From positions 32,001-96,000 of IMG/VR virus record IMGVR_UViG_3300033388_006651: 64,000 nt of DNA; one strand, 5' to 3'. This DNA comes from a virus. Made by a program: the position numbers and the translations under genes. Below are positions 39,149 to 47,243 of this stretch, in pieces. Numbering within the stretch: the stretch's first letter is position 1; every line of letters begins with the position of its first letter. The notes under the pieces were generated by a model. That model made no database searches. It was given only the letters and a program-made list of their open reading frames with translations, and was not told the DNA's origin.

Positions 39149-39195
39149 GAAATGGTCGCCGTCCCTTGGCAGGAACGCGACTCAAAGTCCCCGCC

Positions 39196-39288
39196 ATGAA
39201 ACACTCCACGACATACACAGCTACGACAACGACTACGGTCGTCGTGGCCGTCGTATTGCCCATTATGGGCGATATGACCTCGTGTTGA
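39196..39288 (+). CDS. Thr-rich (thrL-like) leader peptide MKHSTTYTATTTTTVVVAVVLPIMGDMTSC
   Basis: 8 Thr codons in codons 5-14; followed by hairpins and three tRNA-Thr genes. Confidence 0.7.
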   Translation: MKHSTTYTATTTTTVVVAVVLPIMGDMTSC

Positions 39289-39380
39289 GCATTTCCCGGC
39301 GTTGACCAAAACATCAAACGGCGCCGGGAACCCCCAAAGGGTTTGCTTCGCACGTTCAAAGGCCACGCTGGCTCCCATTC

Positions 39381-39456
39381 GCCGGTGTAGCTCAATTGGT
39401 AGAGCACTGGTTTTGTAAACCAGGGGTTGCGGGTTCGAGTCCCATTACCGGCTCCA
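39381..39456 (+). tRNA. tRNA-Thr(UGU)
   Basis: CTGGT-TTTGTAA-ACCAG; CCA. Confidence 0.9.
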
Positions 39457-39487
39457 AGTATTTCTCTTCACCCAAGGAACAGACAAC

Positions 39488-39562
39488 GCCTTTGTAGCTC
39501 AGTGGTAGAGCAGCTCATTCGTAACGAGCAGGTCGTGGGTTCGATTCCCACCTTGGGCTCCA
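39488..39562 (+). tRNA. tRNA-Thr(CGU)
   Basis: Loop TTCGTAA; CCA. Confidence 0.88.
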
Positions 39563-39564
39563 AG

Positions 39565-39606
39565 CACCAACACCAACACCAACACCAACACCAACACCAT
39601 CACCGA
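39565..39606 (+). repeat. (CACCAA)5 plus CACCAT and CACCGA
   Basis: Read directly. Confidence 0.9.
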
Positions 39607-39611
39607 CATAA

Positions 39612-39686
39612 GCCCTTGTAGCTCAGTGGAAGAGCGCTTCCTTGGTAAGGAAGAAGTCACGAGTTCGATTCTCGTCTTGGGCTCCA
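39612..39686 (+). tRNA. tRNA-Thr(GGU)
   Basis: CTTCC-TTGGTAA-GGAAG; CCA. Confidence 0.9.
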
Positions 39687-39837
39687 GGAACGCAGGACCC
39701 TCGTTCGAAGGTCACAAGCAAAAGGTAAAGACATCTGTTTTTCACACAGAAGACTGCGAGTTCGATTCTCGCCTTCCCCGCCATTTATGGGGAAGTGGTC
39801 ATAAGACGCACTCACCCCGCACACTCTCCTGCGTTCC
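39687..39837 (+). ncRNA. Module RNA A: circularly permuted tRNA-Glu(UUC), broken in the D loop, inside an 11-bp outer stem
   Basis: GGAACGCAGGA/TCCTGCGTTCC; TCACAAGCA; anticodon arm, T arm, CTTCCCC-G-CCA, TTTAT, GGGGAAG-TG-GTC; CACTC. Confidence 0.75.
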
Positions 39838-39998
39838 TTAATTTTCACCCTAATCCCAGCGCCTCGTAGAGCGAGGCACACGACAGCAGCTTCGCTTCGA
39901 GGCGAAAATGGCAGGCGACCGGACGGCCTGTGGGATCAAACAACCGATTTTTCTCAACCCCAACTTCAACCCCCAACGAACAGAAAGGACCGAGCACG

Positions 39999-40136
39999 AT
40001 GAACATCGAAAACGATGACTGCGATGATGTAGATGATACCTACGGAGCAGTGGCGCAGTTGGTAGCGCACTCGGTTGTCAGCCGAAAGGTCGCCGGTTCA
40101 AGTCCGGTCTGTTCCGCCAAGGGGGTGTTGGTCTAG
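39999..40136 (+). CDS. Asp-rich leader ORF reading into the tRNA-Asp genes
   Basis: AAAGGA SD; MNIENDDCDDVDDTY then the tRNA. Confidence 0.55.
   Translation: MNIENDDCDDVDDTYGAVAQLVAHSVVSRKVAGSSPVCSAKGVLV
40044..40119 (+). tRNA. tRNA-Asp(GUC)
   Basis: Loop TTGTCAG; GCCA end. Confidence 0.88.
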
Positions 40137-40198
40137 TTGGTTATGACGCTTCCCTGTCACGGAAGAAATCGCGGGTTCAAGTCCCGCACATCCCGCCA
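40122..40198 (+). tRNA. tRNA-Asp(GUC)
   Basis: CTTCC-CTGTCAC-GGAAG; GCCA end. Confidence 0.9.
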
Positions 40199-40204
40199 TT
40201 TTTT

Positions 40205-40279
40205 AGTCCTGTAGCTCAGTGGAAGAGCATTCCCGTCACATGGGAGAGGCCATCGGTTCGACCCCGATTGGGACTACCA
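40205..40279 (+). tRNA. tRNA-Val(CAC)
   Basis: Loop GTCACAT; ACCA end. Confidence 0.85.
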
Positions 40280-40288
40280 AGAAAACAT

Positions 40289-40363
40289 AGCTCCGTAGCT
40301 CAGTGGCAGAGCAACACCTCGACATGGTGAAGGTCGTCGGTTCGATCCCGACTGGGGCTACCA
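40289..40363 (+). tRNA. tRNA-Val(GAC)
   Basis: Loop TCGACAT; ACCA end. Confidence 0.88.
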
Positions 40364-40422
40364 ACACAACAAGTTACTAAGACACAAGGCCCTCCGTTCC
40401 ATTTTGTGCTACGCTCAGAAGA

Positions 40423-41097
40423 GTGAAGCCGGACAAACAAAAAGAGGCGCGTAGACTGCGTAAGCAGGGCCTTTCTTTGAGTGAGATCGTTACCAAAATT
40501 GGATGCGCAAAAAGTTCGGTTAGCCGCTGGACCCGGGATATCCCTCTCACTAAGACTCAAGTCAAAAACCTTCGACGAAAGGAAGATCAAGGACGACTTA
40601 AAGGCCGTATTGCAGCCGCTACCCATCCCAACTCTCCGAAACAGGTGTGGGCTAAAAAACGAGATGAAGCACGTCAAAAAGGGCACGAAGAGATTTCCCG
40701 GATCGATGACATCTCTCTCAAAATACTCATCGCGGCACTGTACTGGGGGGAAGGGTCAAAGGGTCGTAACAGTTTTTCCATAGCGAACACGGACCCTGCA
40801 ATGGTCCGCCTTATTGCCGCCTTTCTTCGAAAACATTGTCAAGTTCCTGAAGAGCGCCTTCGTTTTCGCGTCTACATTCATCCTCATTTGAGTCTCCGAA
40901 AAGCTCGTATTTACTGGGCTAAAATTGCAGGAACCTCCCCTAAAAATATCGCATCCACCACCGCTGTAAGCTCAGCTAGCCAAGGAAAGAAGGACTCGTG
41001 CCCTTACGGCACTTTTCAAATCACGTACTGTGACACCCTGTTTCGGTCTCGCATAGAAGGCTGGATGGATGCCTTGAAAGAACAGATACCGGGTTAG
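40423..41097 (+). CDS. HTH plus LAGLIDADG-like protein inside the tRNA array
   Basis: GLSLSEIVTKIGCAKSSVSRW; LYWGEG..NTDP; stop codon lies inside tRNA-Val. Confidence 0.7.
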   Translation: MKPDKQKEARRLRKQGLSLSEIVTKIGCAKSSVSRWTRDIPLTKTQVKNLRRKEDQGRLKGRIAAATHPNSPKQVWAKKRDEARQKGHEEISRIDDISLKILIAALYWGEGSKGRNSFSIANTDPAMVRLIAAFLRKHCQVPEERLRFRVYIHPHLSLRKARIYWAKIAGTSPKNIASTTAVSSASQGKKDSCPYGTFQITYCDTLFRSRIEGWMDALKEQIPG

Positions 41098-41161
41098 CTC
41101 AGTGGTAGAGCGCTGCCCTTACAAGACGGATGCAAGAGTTCAATTCTCTTACCCGGTACCA
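41088..41161 (+). tRNA. tRNA-Val(UAC)
   Basis: Loop CTTACAA; ACCGGGT/ACCCGGT; ACCA end. Confidence 0.8.
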
Positions 41162-41201
41162 GACCTCAAACCTCAACCTCTAACCACGAAAGGAACCGAC
41201 C

Positions 41202-41264
41202 ATGGAAAAAGAAGACAGCGACATTAGCGACATTATCTACTCGGCCCGTGGTCCAGTCTGGTAA
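41202..41264 (+). CDS. Ile-containing leader peptide MEKEDSDISDIIYSARGPVW reading into tRNA-Ile
   Basis: AAAGGAA SD; ATT, ATT, ATC just before the tRNA. Confidence 0.5.
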   Translation: MEKEDSDISDIIYSARGPVW

Positions 41265-41316
41265 TGGATGTCGCTCTGATAAGGCGAAGACGGAGGTTCA
41301 AATCCTCCCGGGCCGA
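41242..41316 (+). tRNA. tRNA-Ile(GAU)
   Basis: TCGCT-CTGATAA-GGCGA. Confidence 0.82.
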
Positions 41317-41326
41317 CCGACTACAT

Positions 41327-41403
41327 GGACGTGTAGCTCAGTTGGTTAGAGCGCAGCCCTGATAAGGCTGAAGTCGAAAGTTCAAATCTTTCTACGTCCA
41401 CCA
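41327..41403 (+). tRNA. tRNA-Ile(GAU)
   Basis: CAGCC-CTGATAA-GGCTG; CCA. Confidence 0.9.
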
Positions 41404-41424
41404 AGAGATTTCCAAAACACATAT

Positions 41425-41499
41425 AGCGGGATGGCGCAGTCAGGTAGCGCGCTGGGCTCATAACCCAGAGGTCGTCGGTTCAAATCCAACTCTCCGCTA
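41425..41499 (+). tRNA. tRNA-Met(CAU), initiator-like
   Basis: CTGGG-CTCATAA-CCCAG. Confidence 0.8.
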
Positions 41500-41505
41500 C
41501 TAAGG

Positions 41506-41663
41506 GCAGTAGAAGTCTGCTTGCGAAATATCTCCCTTCACCGGGAAGAGACGCTAGCGAACAAAACTTCATCCTCGCAACGGAGTTGAGGGGAGAGCAG
41601 TAGGAGATCTGCTTGCGACAATAGGCCCCGTAACTGGGTATCGAAGATAGCGAACAAAACTCC
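41506..41663 (+). ncRNA. Tandem pair of an unidentified structured RNA motif
   Basis: GCAGTAGRAG(A)TCTGCTTGCGA..TAGCGAACAAAACTYC twice, with GAAG/CTTC versus GGAG/CTCC covariation. Confidence 0.6.
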
Positions 41664-41672
41664 AACACTTGA

Positions 41673-41750
41673 CGCGGGTTGGGGAAGTCCGGCCATCCCG
41701 GTGGGCTCATAATCCACAGACCCTCGGTTCAAATCCGAGACCCGCTACCA
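41673..41750 (+). tRNA. tRNA-fMet(CAU)
   Basis: C1:U72 mismatch; CTCATAA loop; CCA. Confidence 0.85.
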
Positions 41751-41809
41751 AATCCAGTTCGACAGTGTGCGCCCGTGCGAGCCGAACCGAGTGTAGAAAC
41801 GGGCCTCAT

Positions 41810-41887
41810 GCCAGAATAGCTCAGTTGGTTAAGAGCGCTCCCCTCATAAGGGAGAGGTCATCGGTTCAAATCCGATTTCTGGTACCA
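41810..41887 (+). tRNA. tRNA-CAU (elongator Met or Ile2)
   Basis: CTCCC-CTCATAA-GGGAG; CCA. Confidence 0.88.
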
Positions 41888-42041
41888 CAAGAAACCAAGA
41901 AGCCATGAACATCCACCTGAAACAGTTGCCCATCGGCACGGCCAGTCGCATCTCGTTGTTTGCGGCCGGACAGGTGTGTTCTGCCTATCTCCCCAATCTG
42001 GAGACAGGTAGCGGATAACCCTCAGCTCGATCATGGCGCCT

Positions 42042-42077
42042 AAAAGCCCGTCGAGCTCCCTGCTCGCCGGGCTTTTT
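42042..42077. terminator. Intrinsic, probably bidirectional terminator after the tRNA operon
   Basis: AAAAGCCCG...CGGGCTTTTT. Confidence 0.7.
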
Positions 42078-42245
42078 CGTGCTCGGGCCAAGGATCAACG
42101 GCCCTCTCGAGCCCTTTTTCGCCAAACCCTCCCTGGGCCCTCCTTTTCGGACATTTTCACGAACTTTTCACGAACCAAACCAACCACGGGGTACAAGGGA
42201 CGAGCCCGAGTGCTCTGCTTTTCACGAATCAGGACAGACAAGCCA

Positions 42246-44114
42246 ATGGACAACAAAGAAACACTCGGACCCGCAGAGACCATCATCCAGTCACTGCTGG
42301 CCTACTCAGATCACATCTACCACGGCCGCCCCGGCGTCGTGGTGCCCGACGCGCGATCCACGACCGGAGTGCGATGGGACCCCGTCACCCACAAGGTCGG
42401 AGAGGACGGCGTCAAGACCGTTCTTCGCCTCACGCGAAACGGCAAGAAGACCATTCGTACCGAGATCGGCACGATGAACGGCGACAATCGTGTGAAGAAC
42501 GCGGGTGCCGATGTCGGCCTGTACCGCAAGAGCGGCCTCTTCCCAGAGGTTGCCCTGTGGTTCTACAAGCAGATCGCTGAGGTGTGGACGCTCGACAACG
42601 AATTCGCTGCTCGGTGGGCGTCGTACGCCTTCCGTCAGGAGCACCGTGACCTCAAGGTCATGCTCGCTGCGTTCATGCTCGTTCAGTCGCGTAAGGGCGA
42701 CCCCGTCATGGACGGGGGTGAGCGTCTGTTCGACGACGAGGACTACCGTGACGTGGGCGAGGCCATGGTCCTTCTCCTTGAGAAGGGCAACGACCTCAAC
42801 CCGAAGCTCCTGCTTCGGATCTACGATGTCCTGAACCTGCCCGAGATCGCAAAGATCAACCACGAGCTCGGCTTCGGCAAGTCCGCCAAGCGTCCGTTCC
42901 TCGGTCGTTGGCCCAAGGCGATCGACAAGTACCTTCGGTACCGCGAGGAGAACCCGAAGCTGCTCGAAGGGCTCGTCAACAAGGCTGCTTTCGGCAACAC
43001 CGTCAAGACTCTGGCTCGGCGTATCGGCTACAAGCCAACGTCCGACAAGTTCTTCGCTACCCTACGCTGGAAGCAGAAGCAGGCTGAAGACGGGCGTCGT
43101 GAGATGGCCATCGGTAAAGCCGTGAGGGCTGCTGAGTCGTGGGATCACCTCGACGAAGCCGGTGTTTGCGAGCTCATCGAGAAGAACAAGCCTGGCTGGA
43201 AGCGGATCGTGGGTCTCCTTCCTGCGAAGATCGGGGTCACCCGTGCGGTGATGGCTGCGACCATCGAGTCGGGCGGTCTCTCGGACAAGGATCTCATCAT
43301 CCTCACTCCAACGATCGAGGATCTTGGTCTGTTCAAGGTCCAGGAGATCAAGGCGCGTCATGCTGCGGCTCTCGCCAAGGCAAGCGACATGCGTGCGGCT
43401 AACATCGCCCGCAACGTTCGGTCCAAGGATCTCAAGGAGGAGATGGAGACCGGTGCCGACAAGGCAGCTCAGAAGGCTGCTGAGGAGGTCATCAAGAACC
43501 TGCGCCTCTACGTCGTCATCGACCGTTCGGCGTCGATGCAGGGAGCACTGGAGAAGGCGAAGCCACTGATCGCCAAGCTCATTCAGGCAATCCCAGCCGA
43601 GCGTCTGCACGTTTCGACGTTCAACACGATCGGTAAGGTGATCACCTTCAAGCACCACTCGACCGCTGGGGTCGAGGCAGCTTTCCGGGGCGTCAACGCC
43701 GGAGGGGGCACGGTGCACGCAGAAGGTGTTCGGGTTCTGGCTCAGTTCCCGCCTGCGGCAGACGAGGACTCCCTGATGATCTTCATCGGGGACGAGGGCG
43801 AGCGTCGGCACTTTGCCGAAGCTGTGGAGGCATCTGGTCTCCGTCCCCTGGCCTTCGGGCTCCTCGCCACGGTGGGTCCTCGTTGGGGTCGCGGTCAGGC
43901 GATTCGGGACACGGCTGCTCGACTGGACATCCCGTGCTTCGAGATCGATGACCGCACCTTTGATGGCGACCCGTACGCCATCCCGCGTACGATCAGGAAC
44001 CTGATCGCGGCTACCCCTGTGGGGGTGAACACCGGTCGTCGCGTCGTCCCGCGCGTGACGCTGGTGGGTCAGATCCTGGAGACCGAGATTCTCCAGAAGC
44101 CCAACTGGGCATAG
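42246..44114 (+). CDS. Helical-domain plus vWA protein, Ro60/TROVE-like
   Basis: C-terminal MIDAS DRSASM..GGT..IFIGDE after a long helical region; Ro60 assignment is inferred. Confidence 0.6.
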   Translation: MDNKETLGPAETIIQSLLAYSDHIYHGRPGVVVPDARSTTGVRWDPVTHKVGEDGVKTVLRLTRNGKKTIRTEIGTMNGDNRVKNAGADVGLYRKSGLFPEVALWFYKQIAEVWTLDNEFAARWASYAFRQEHRDLKVMLAAFMLVQSRKGDPVMDGGERLFDDEDYRDVGEAMVLLLEKGNDLNPKLLLRIYDVLNLPEIAKINHELGFGKSAKRPFLGRWPKAIDKYLRYREENPKLLEGLVNKAAFGNTVKTLARRIGYKPTSDKFFATLRWKQKQAEDGRREMAIGKAVRAAESWDHLDEAGVCELIEKNKPGWKRIVGLLPAKIGVTRAVMAATIESGGLSDKDLIILTPTIEDLGLFKVQEIKARHAAALAKASDMRAANIARNVRSKDLKEEMETGADKAAQKAAEEVIKNLRLYVVIDRSASMQGALEKAKPLIAKLIQAIPAERLHVSTFNTIGKVITFKHHSTAGVEAAFRGVNAGGGTVHAEGVRVLAQFPPAADEDSLMIFIGDEGERRHFAEAVEASGLRPLAFGLLATVGPRWGRGQAIRDTAARLDIPCFEIDDRTFDGDPYAIPRTIRNLIAATPVGVNTGRRVVPRVTLVGQILETEILQKPNWA

Positions 44115-44125
44115 GAGTAAACCTC

Positions 44126-45058
44126 ATGGGATGGAGAGACCTAATCACAACCAAGGAGGAGACCACCACTCTTCCGTGGACCGGAGGACGGTCTCTCCAC
44201 TCCGGGTCCCGAACCTTCAAGCTCGGGGCCCGGCCTCGGGACTTTGGCTGGTACACCTTCGACCTCGAAGGCAACAAGGCCAAGGACCCGAAGCCCGCTG
44301 ACCCAGTTCCTGAGATTCTCAAGAGCTCCGTCAAGGGCTATCTGGTCGGGGACCGTCTGGTCCCCGATGACACCCGGATCGATCCCGACCCGGCCAAGAT
44401 CATCAACTACTCGGAGAAGGTCTACCTCCTTCCCGAAGAACTCGACCGGTTCTCGCGTGTGCGAGCCGGCCGCATTTACCCCGAGGGGCCTCTCATTTTT
44501 CTTGAGCAGGAATTCCCCCTCGGCCCCGAGGACGAAGTCATGGAAGCATTCTTCGACAACAAGATCAGCACCTTCGGTATCCGAAGCGTCGCGCCCGCAC
44601 TCGATGCGGCTTTCCGTATGGAGGTCTACCAGCGTCAGCAGGCAGAGTTCCGTCGGCAAGAACTGATCCGGCTTCGTGCCGAGGAGGAGGCACGTCTTGC
44701 CAAGGAGGAGCGCCGCAAGGAGATGATCGAGAAGCTCGGGGATGGCGCTGGCCGTCGTGCGATGGCCCAGGAAAACTTCGGTGAAGCCGCTCGGGCTGCC
44801 CTCATGGTCGGTGGTGCTCAGTACCTCGACCACCGAAAGGGAGGGCGTAAAGGTGAATGGGTCGTCAAGTATCGCGTCGATGGGCAACGCCTTGAGTGCG
44901 TGTGCGACACCAACCTCCAGATCATCGACGCAGGCGTTTGCCTTGTCGATCACGGAACCAACGAAAAGGGCGACACCTACTTCACCCTCGAATCACTGCC
45001 TGCGGTCATCCGTCAGGCCATCCGCGAGCACAAGCTCGTCGTATGGAGACACATCTAA
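44126..45058 (+). CDS. Hypothetical protein, possible E2-like C-terminal domain
   Basis: AGGAG SD; IIDAGVCL resembles the E2 G.iCL site; operon context. Confidence 0.5.
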   Translation: MGWRDLITTKEETTTLPWTGGRSLHSGSRTFKLGARPRDFGWYTFDLEGNKAKDPKPADPVPEILKSSVKGYLVGDRLVPDDTRIDPDPAKIINYSEKVYLLPEELDRFSRVRAGRIYPEGPLIFLEQEFPLGPEDEVMEAFFDNKISTFGIRSVAPALDAAFRMEVYQRQQAEFRRQELIRLRAEEEARLAKEERRKEMIEKLGDGAGRRAMAQENFGEAARAALMVGGAQYLDHRKGGRKGEWVVKYRVDGQRLECVCDTNLQIIDAGVCLVDHGTNEKGDTYFTLESLPAVIRQAIREHKLVVWRHI

Positions 45059-45633
45059 TGGAATTCAAAGACATCAACATCAAGGCCGTCGGCACCGAGG
45101 TTCTCCTCGTGGGCGGCGTCTGGGCTGGCCAGGGTCAGACCTTCGTGTGCCTGTATCCGCAAGAGGAGCAGGAAGGGGACGTTCACGTCCTCGACATGAC
45201 CCGCGAGGATTGGGCCGCACTGCTTCGGCAGTCGGACCTGATGGAGACGGAAGTTCTGGCGAAGGCCGAGGACGGAAAACTCTACAAGGCCATCGCTCGC
45301 AAGAGCCAACGCAACATCGACCAGGGCACTTCCTGGAACGTGTTCCGACGGGACGGGTACGCCTGCCGCTACTGCGGCAACGACAAGATCCCCCTTACCG
45401 TGGACCACCTCGTGCTCTGGGAAGAGGGCGGTCCTTCTCTCGAGGAGAACCTCCTGTCCGCTTGTCGCAAGTGCAACAAGGTGCGTGGCAACACGCAGTA
45501 CGCGGACTGGCTCAAGCACCCCTTCTACCTGGGGAAGTCCAAGAACCTGACGCCCGAGGTCCGAGCCGCCAATGAGGCGATCCTCGGGACTCTCGACGCC
45601 ATCCCACGGCACACCAAGAAGAGGAAGCGATAG
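45058..45633 (+). CDS. HNH nuclease-domain protein
   Basis: RDGYACRYCG..TVDHL..NLLSACRKCNKVRG. Confidence 0.8.
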   Translation: MEFKDINIKAVGTEVLLVGGVWAGQGQTFVCLYPQEEQEGDVHVLDMTREDWAALLRQSDLMETEVLAKAEDGKLYKAIARKSQRNIDQGTSWNVFRRDGYACRYCGNDKIPLTVDHLVLWEEGGPSLEENLLSACRKCNKVRGNTQYADWLKHPFYLGKSKNLTPEVRAANEAILGTLDAIPRHTKKRKR

Positions 45634-45635
45634 TC

Positions 45636-46007
45636 ATGATCGAAACAGGTCTAGTCGTAACTGACGCTGGTCCCGTCTACTGGCACCTGCCGCGAGGCAG
45701 GACCGGTGGCAGCCTTCCCGACAGCCGCTCGCTGTGGGACGTGCTGTGGGAACTCCGTAGGGAACCGTTCCTGGGAGTCGCCCACAGCCATCCGGGCTCG
45801 GGAATTCCCGGGCCGTCCATGACGGACATCACTACCTTCTCCGGGGTCGAGCTCGGGCTTGGCCGTCGGCTCACCTGGTGGATCACCAGCTCATCACACA
45901 TGATCGGCCTGAACTACGCAGGACCGACCAAGTACAACTACAACTCTTTCCCCGTGAAGGAGCCCTACTGGGCTGCGCAACTGCGGGAGTTCTCGAAAGG
46001 ACAATGA
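45636..46007 (+). CDS. JAB/MPN (JAMM) metalloisopeptidase
   Basis: E near the N-terminus; AHSHP..PSMTD. Confidence 0.8.
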   Translation: MIETGLVVTDAGPVYWHLPRGRTGGSLPDSRSLWDVLWELRREPFLGVAHSHPGSGIPGPSMTDITTFSGVELGLGRRLTWWITSSSHMIGLNYAGPTKYNYNSFPVKEPYWAAQLREFSKGQ

Positions 46008-46267
46008 ACATGGAAAACAACGAAGCACGCGTCAACATCACCTACGGGGGGAACAACGGGGATCTCCCTGACCCCGTCCTGTTCGACTCCACTGATGGCG
46101 ACATCAAGGGGTGGATCACGGAAGCTGTCGCAGGGGGTTCCGTCCCCGGTATCCCGGCGGACGGCAACGTGGATTTCACGGATTTCGTCGTGGATCGCTT
46201 CTCGGCTAACGCTGAGCGCGACTACAATTTAATTCAGATAAGACCTAAAACTCCATTCGGGTGTTGA
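46004..46267 (+). CDS. Small ubiquitin-like (beta-grasp) protein candidate
   Basis: About 87 aa, ends RPKTPFGC; lies between JAB and E1. Confidence 0.55.
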   Translation: MNMENNEARVNITYGGNNGDLPDPVLFDSTDGDIKGWITEAVAGGSVPGIPADGNVDFTDFVVDRFSANAERDYNLIQIRPKTPFGC

Positions 46268-46280
46268 CCGAAGACACCGT

Positions 46281-47243
46281 TTGGTCTACGATCAAACGGT
46301 GCCAGAAGATCTCGACCTGGATGCTCTCGTGAGCCGGTACGAGGAGGGGGCGAGTGCCGCTTCTCTCGGCCGGGATTTCGGGGTCAGCACCTGGACGGTT
46401 CTGAACCGTCTCAGGGGTGCTGGGATCCGTATTCGTTCCAACAAGGAGCAGAACGAGAAACGGCTCGATCTGGATGAGGTGCAACAGCGGCGTCTCGTTG
46501 AGATCGTAGACGGGCTCCTCCTTGGAGATGGGTCCATTGATCCCAAAGGGAGTTTGCGCATCGAACAGACTCAGGACCATTTGGGTTGGTTCGATTCGAT
46601 CCAACAAGCCCTTGGGAGTGTCGGGGCGGTTTCGCGACGCACCCCTGTCGCACCTCGCGTCCGTTTCATTAAGGATCATGAGGCGCACGGCAAAGGAGGC
46701 GCCGTCTTTTACACGCCCTGCTACGTTGAGCTCCAAGAGCAGCGGCAGCGGTGGTATCCGAAAGGAAAGAAGCGCGTCCCCGAGGATGTGCTCCTCACGC
46801 CTCTAAGCATTGCCTACTGGTTCTGTGGGGATGGTTCCTATGACAAGCCGGGATCGCTCGTGTTCTACACCAACTCTTTTTTCAAGAAGGAGACAGAGCG
46901 TTTGGCTCGGGGCCTTACCAAGCTCGGTGTTCGGGCCCGGTGTCGTCCTGTGGGACAACACCGATACCGCGAATGGAAAATCCACATCCTTCGGCGTGAC
47001 GATGCCCTGCGGCTTCGTGAACTGATGGGGGATCATGTGCCGGAGTGTTTCCAGTACAAGTTCGTATACGTCCGAGCGGCCATTCCACCAGGTTCTACGA
47101 CCGCTAAGCTGACTTTCACGCAGGCCCAGGAAATCCGGGAGCGTACAAAGAACGGGGAAACCCAGACGGCGCTGGCCAAGGAATTCGGGGTCTCCCAAAC
47201 CGCGATCCGCCAGATCGTTCGCGGGAAAGTCCACAAGCCATGA
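46281..47243 (+). CDS. LAGLIDADG homing endonuclease with HTH domains
   Basis: GLLLGDG, YWFCGDG. Confidence 0.85.
   Translation: MVYDQTVPEDLDLDALVSRYEEGASAASLGRDFGVSTWTVLNRLRGAGIRIRSNKEQNEKRLDLDEVQQRRLVEIVDGLLLGDGSIDPKGSLRIEQTQDHLGWFDSIQQALGSVGAVSRRTPVAPRVRFIKDHEAHGKGGAVFYTPCYVELQEQRQRWYPKGKKRVPEDVLLTPLSIAYWFCGDGSYDKPGSLVFYTNSFFKKETERLARGLTKLGVRARCRPVGQHRYREWKIHILRRDDALRLRELMGDHVPECFQYKFVYVRAAIPPGSTTAKLTFTQAQEIRERTKNGETQTALAKEFGVSQTAIRQIVRGKVHKP

Noticed and set aside
39706-39783. Ordinary tRNA-Val(CAC) or a simple pseudo-tRNA
   Set aside because: The anticodon register is TTC and the matching 5' acceptor strand lies downstream, so it is permuted.
41503-41575. Theta/HDV-like ribozyme after tRNA-Met (GCGAA resembles J4/2)
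   Set aside because: No P1/P3 pairing fits both copies.
41905-42018. Leader peptide attenuating the Ro60-like operon
   Set aside because: It has no clear codon bias or SD, and the hairpin is adequately explained as the tRNA operon terminator.
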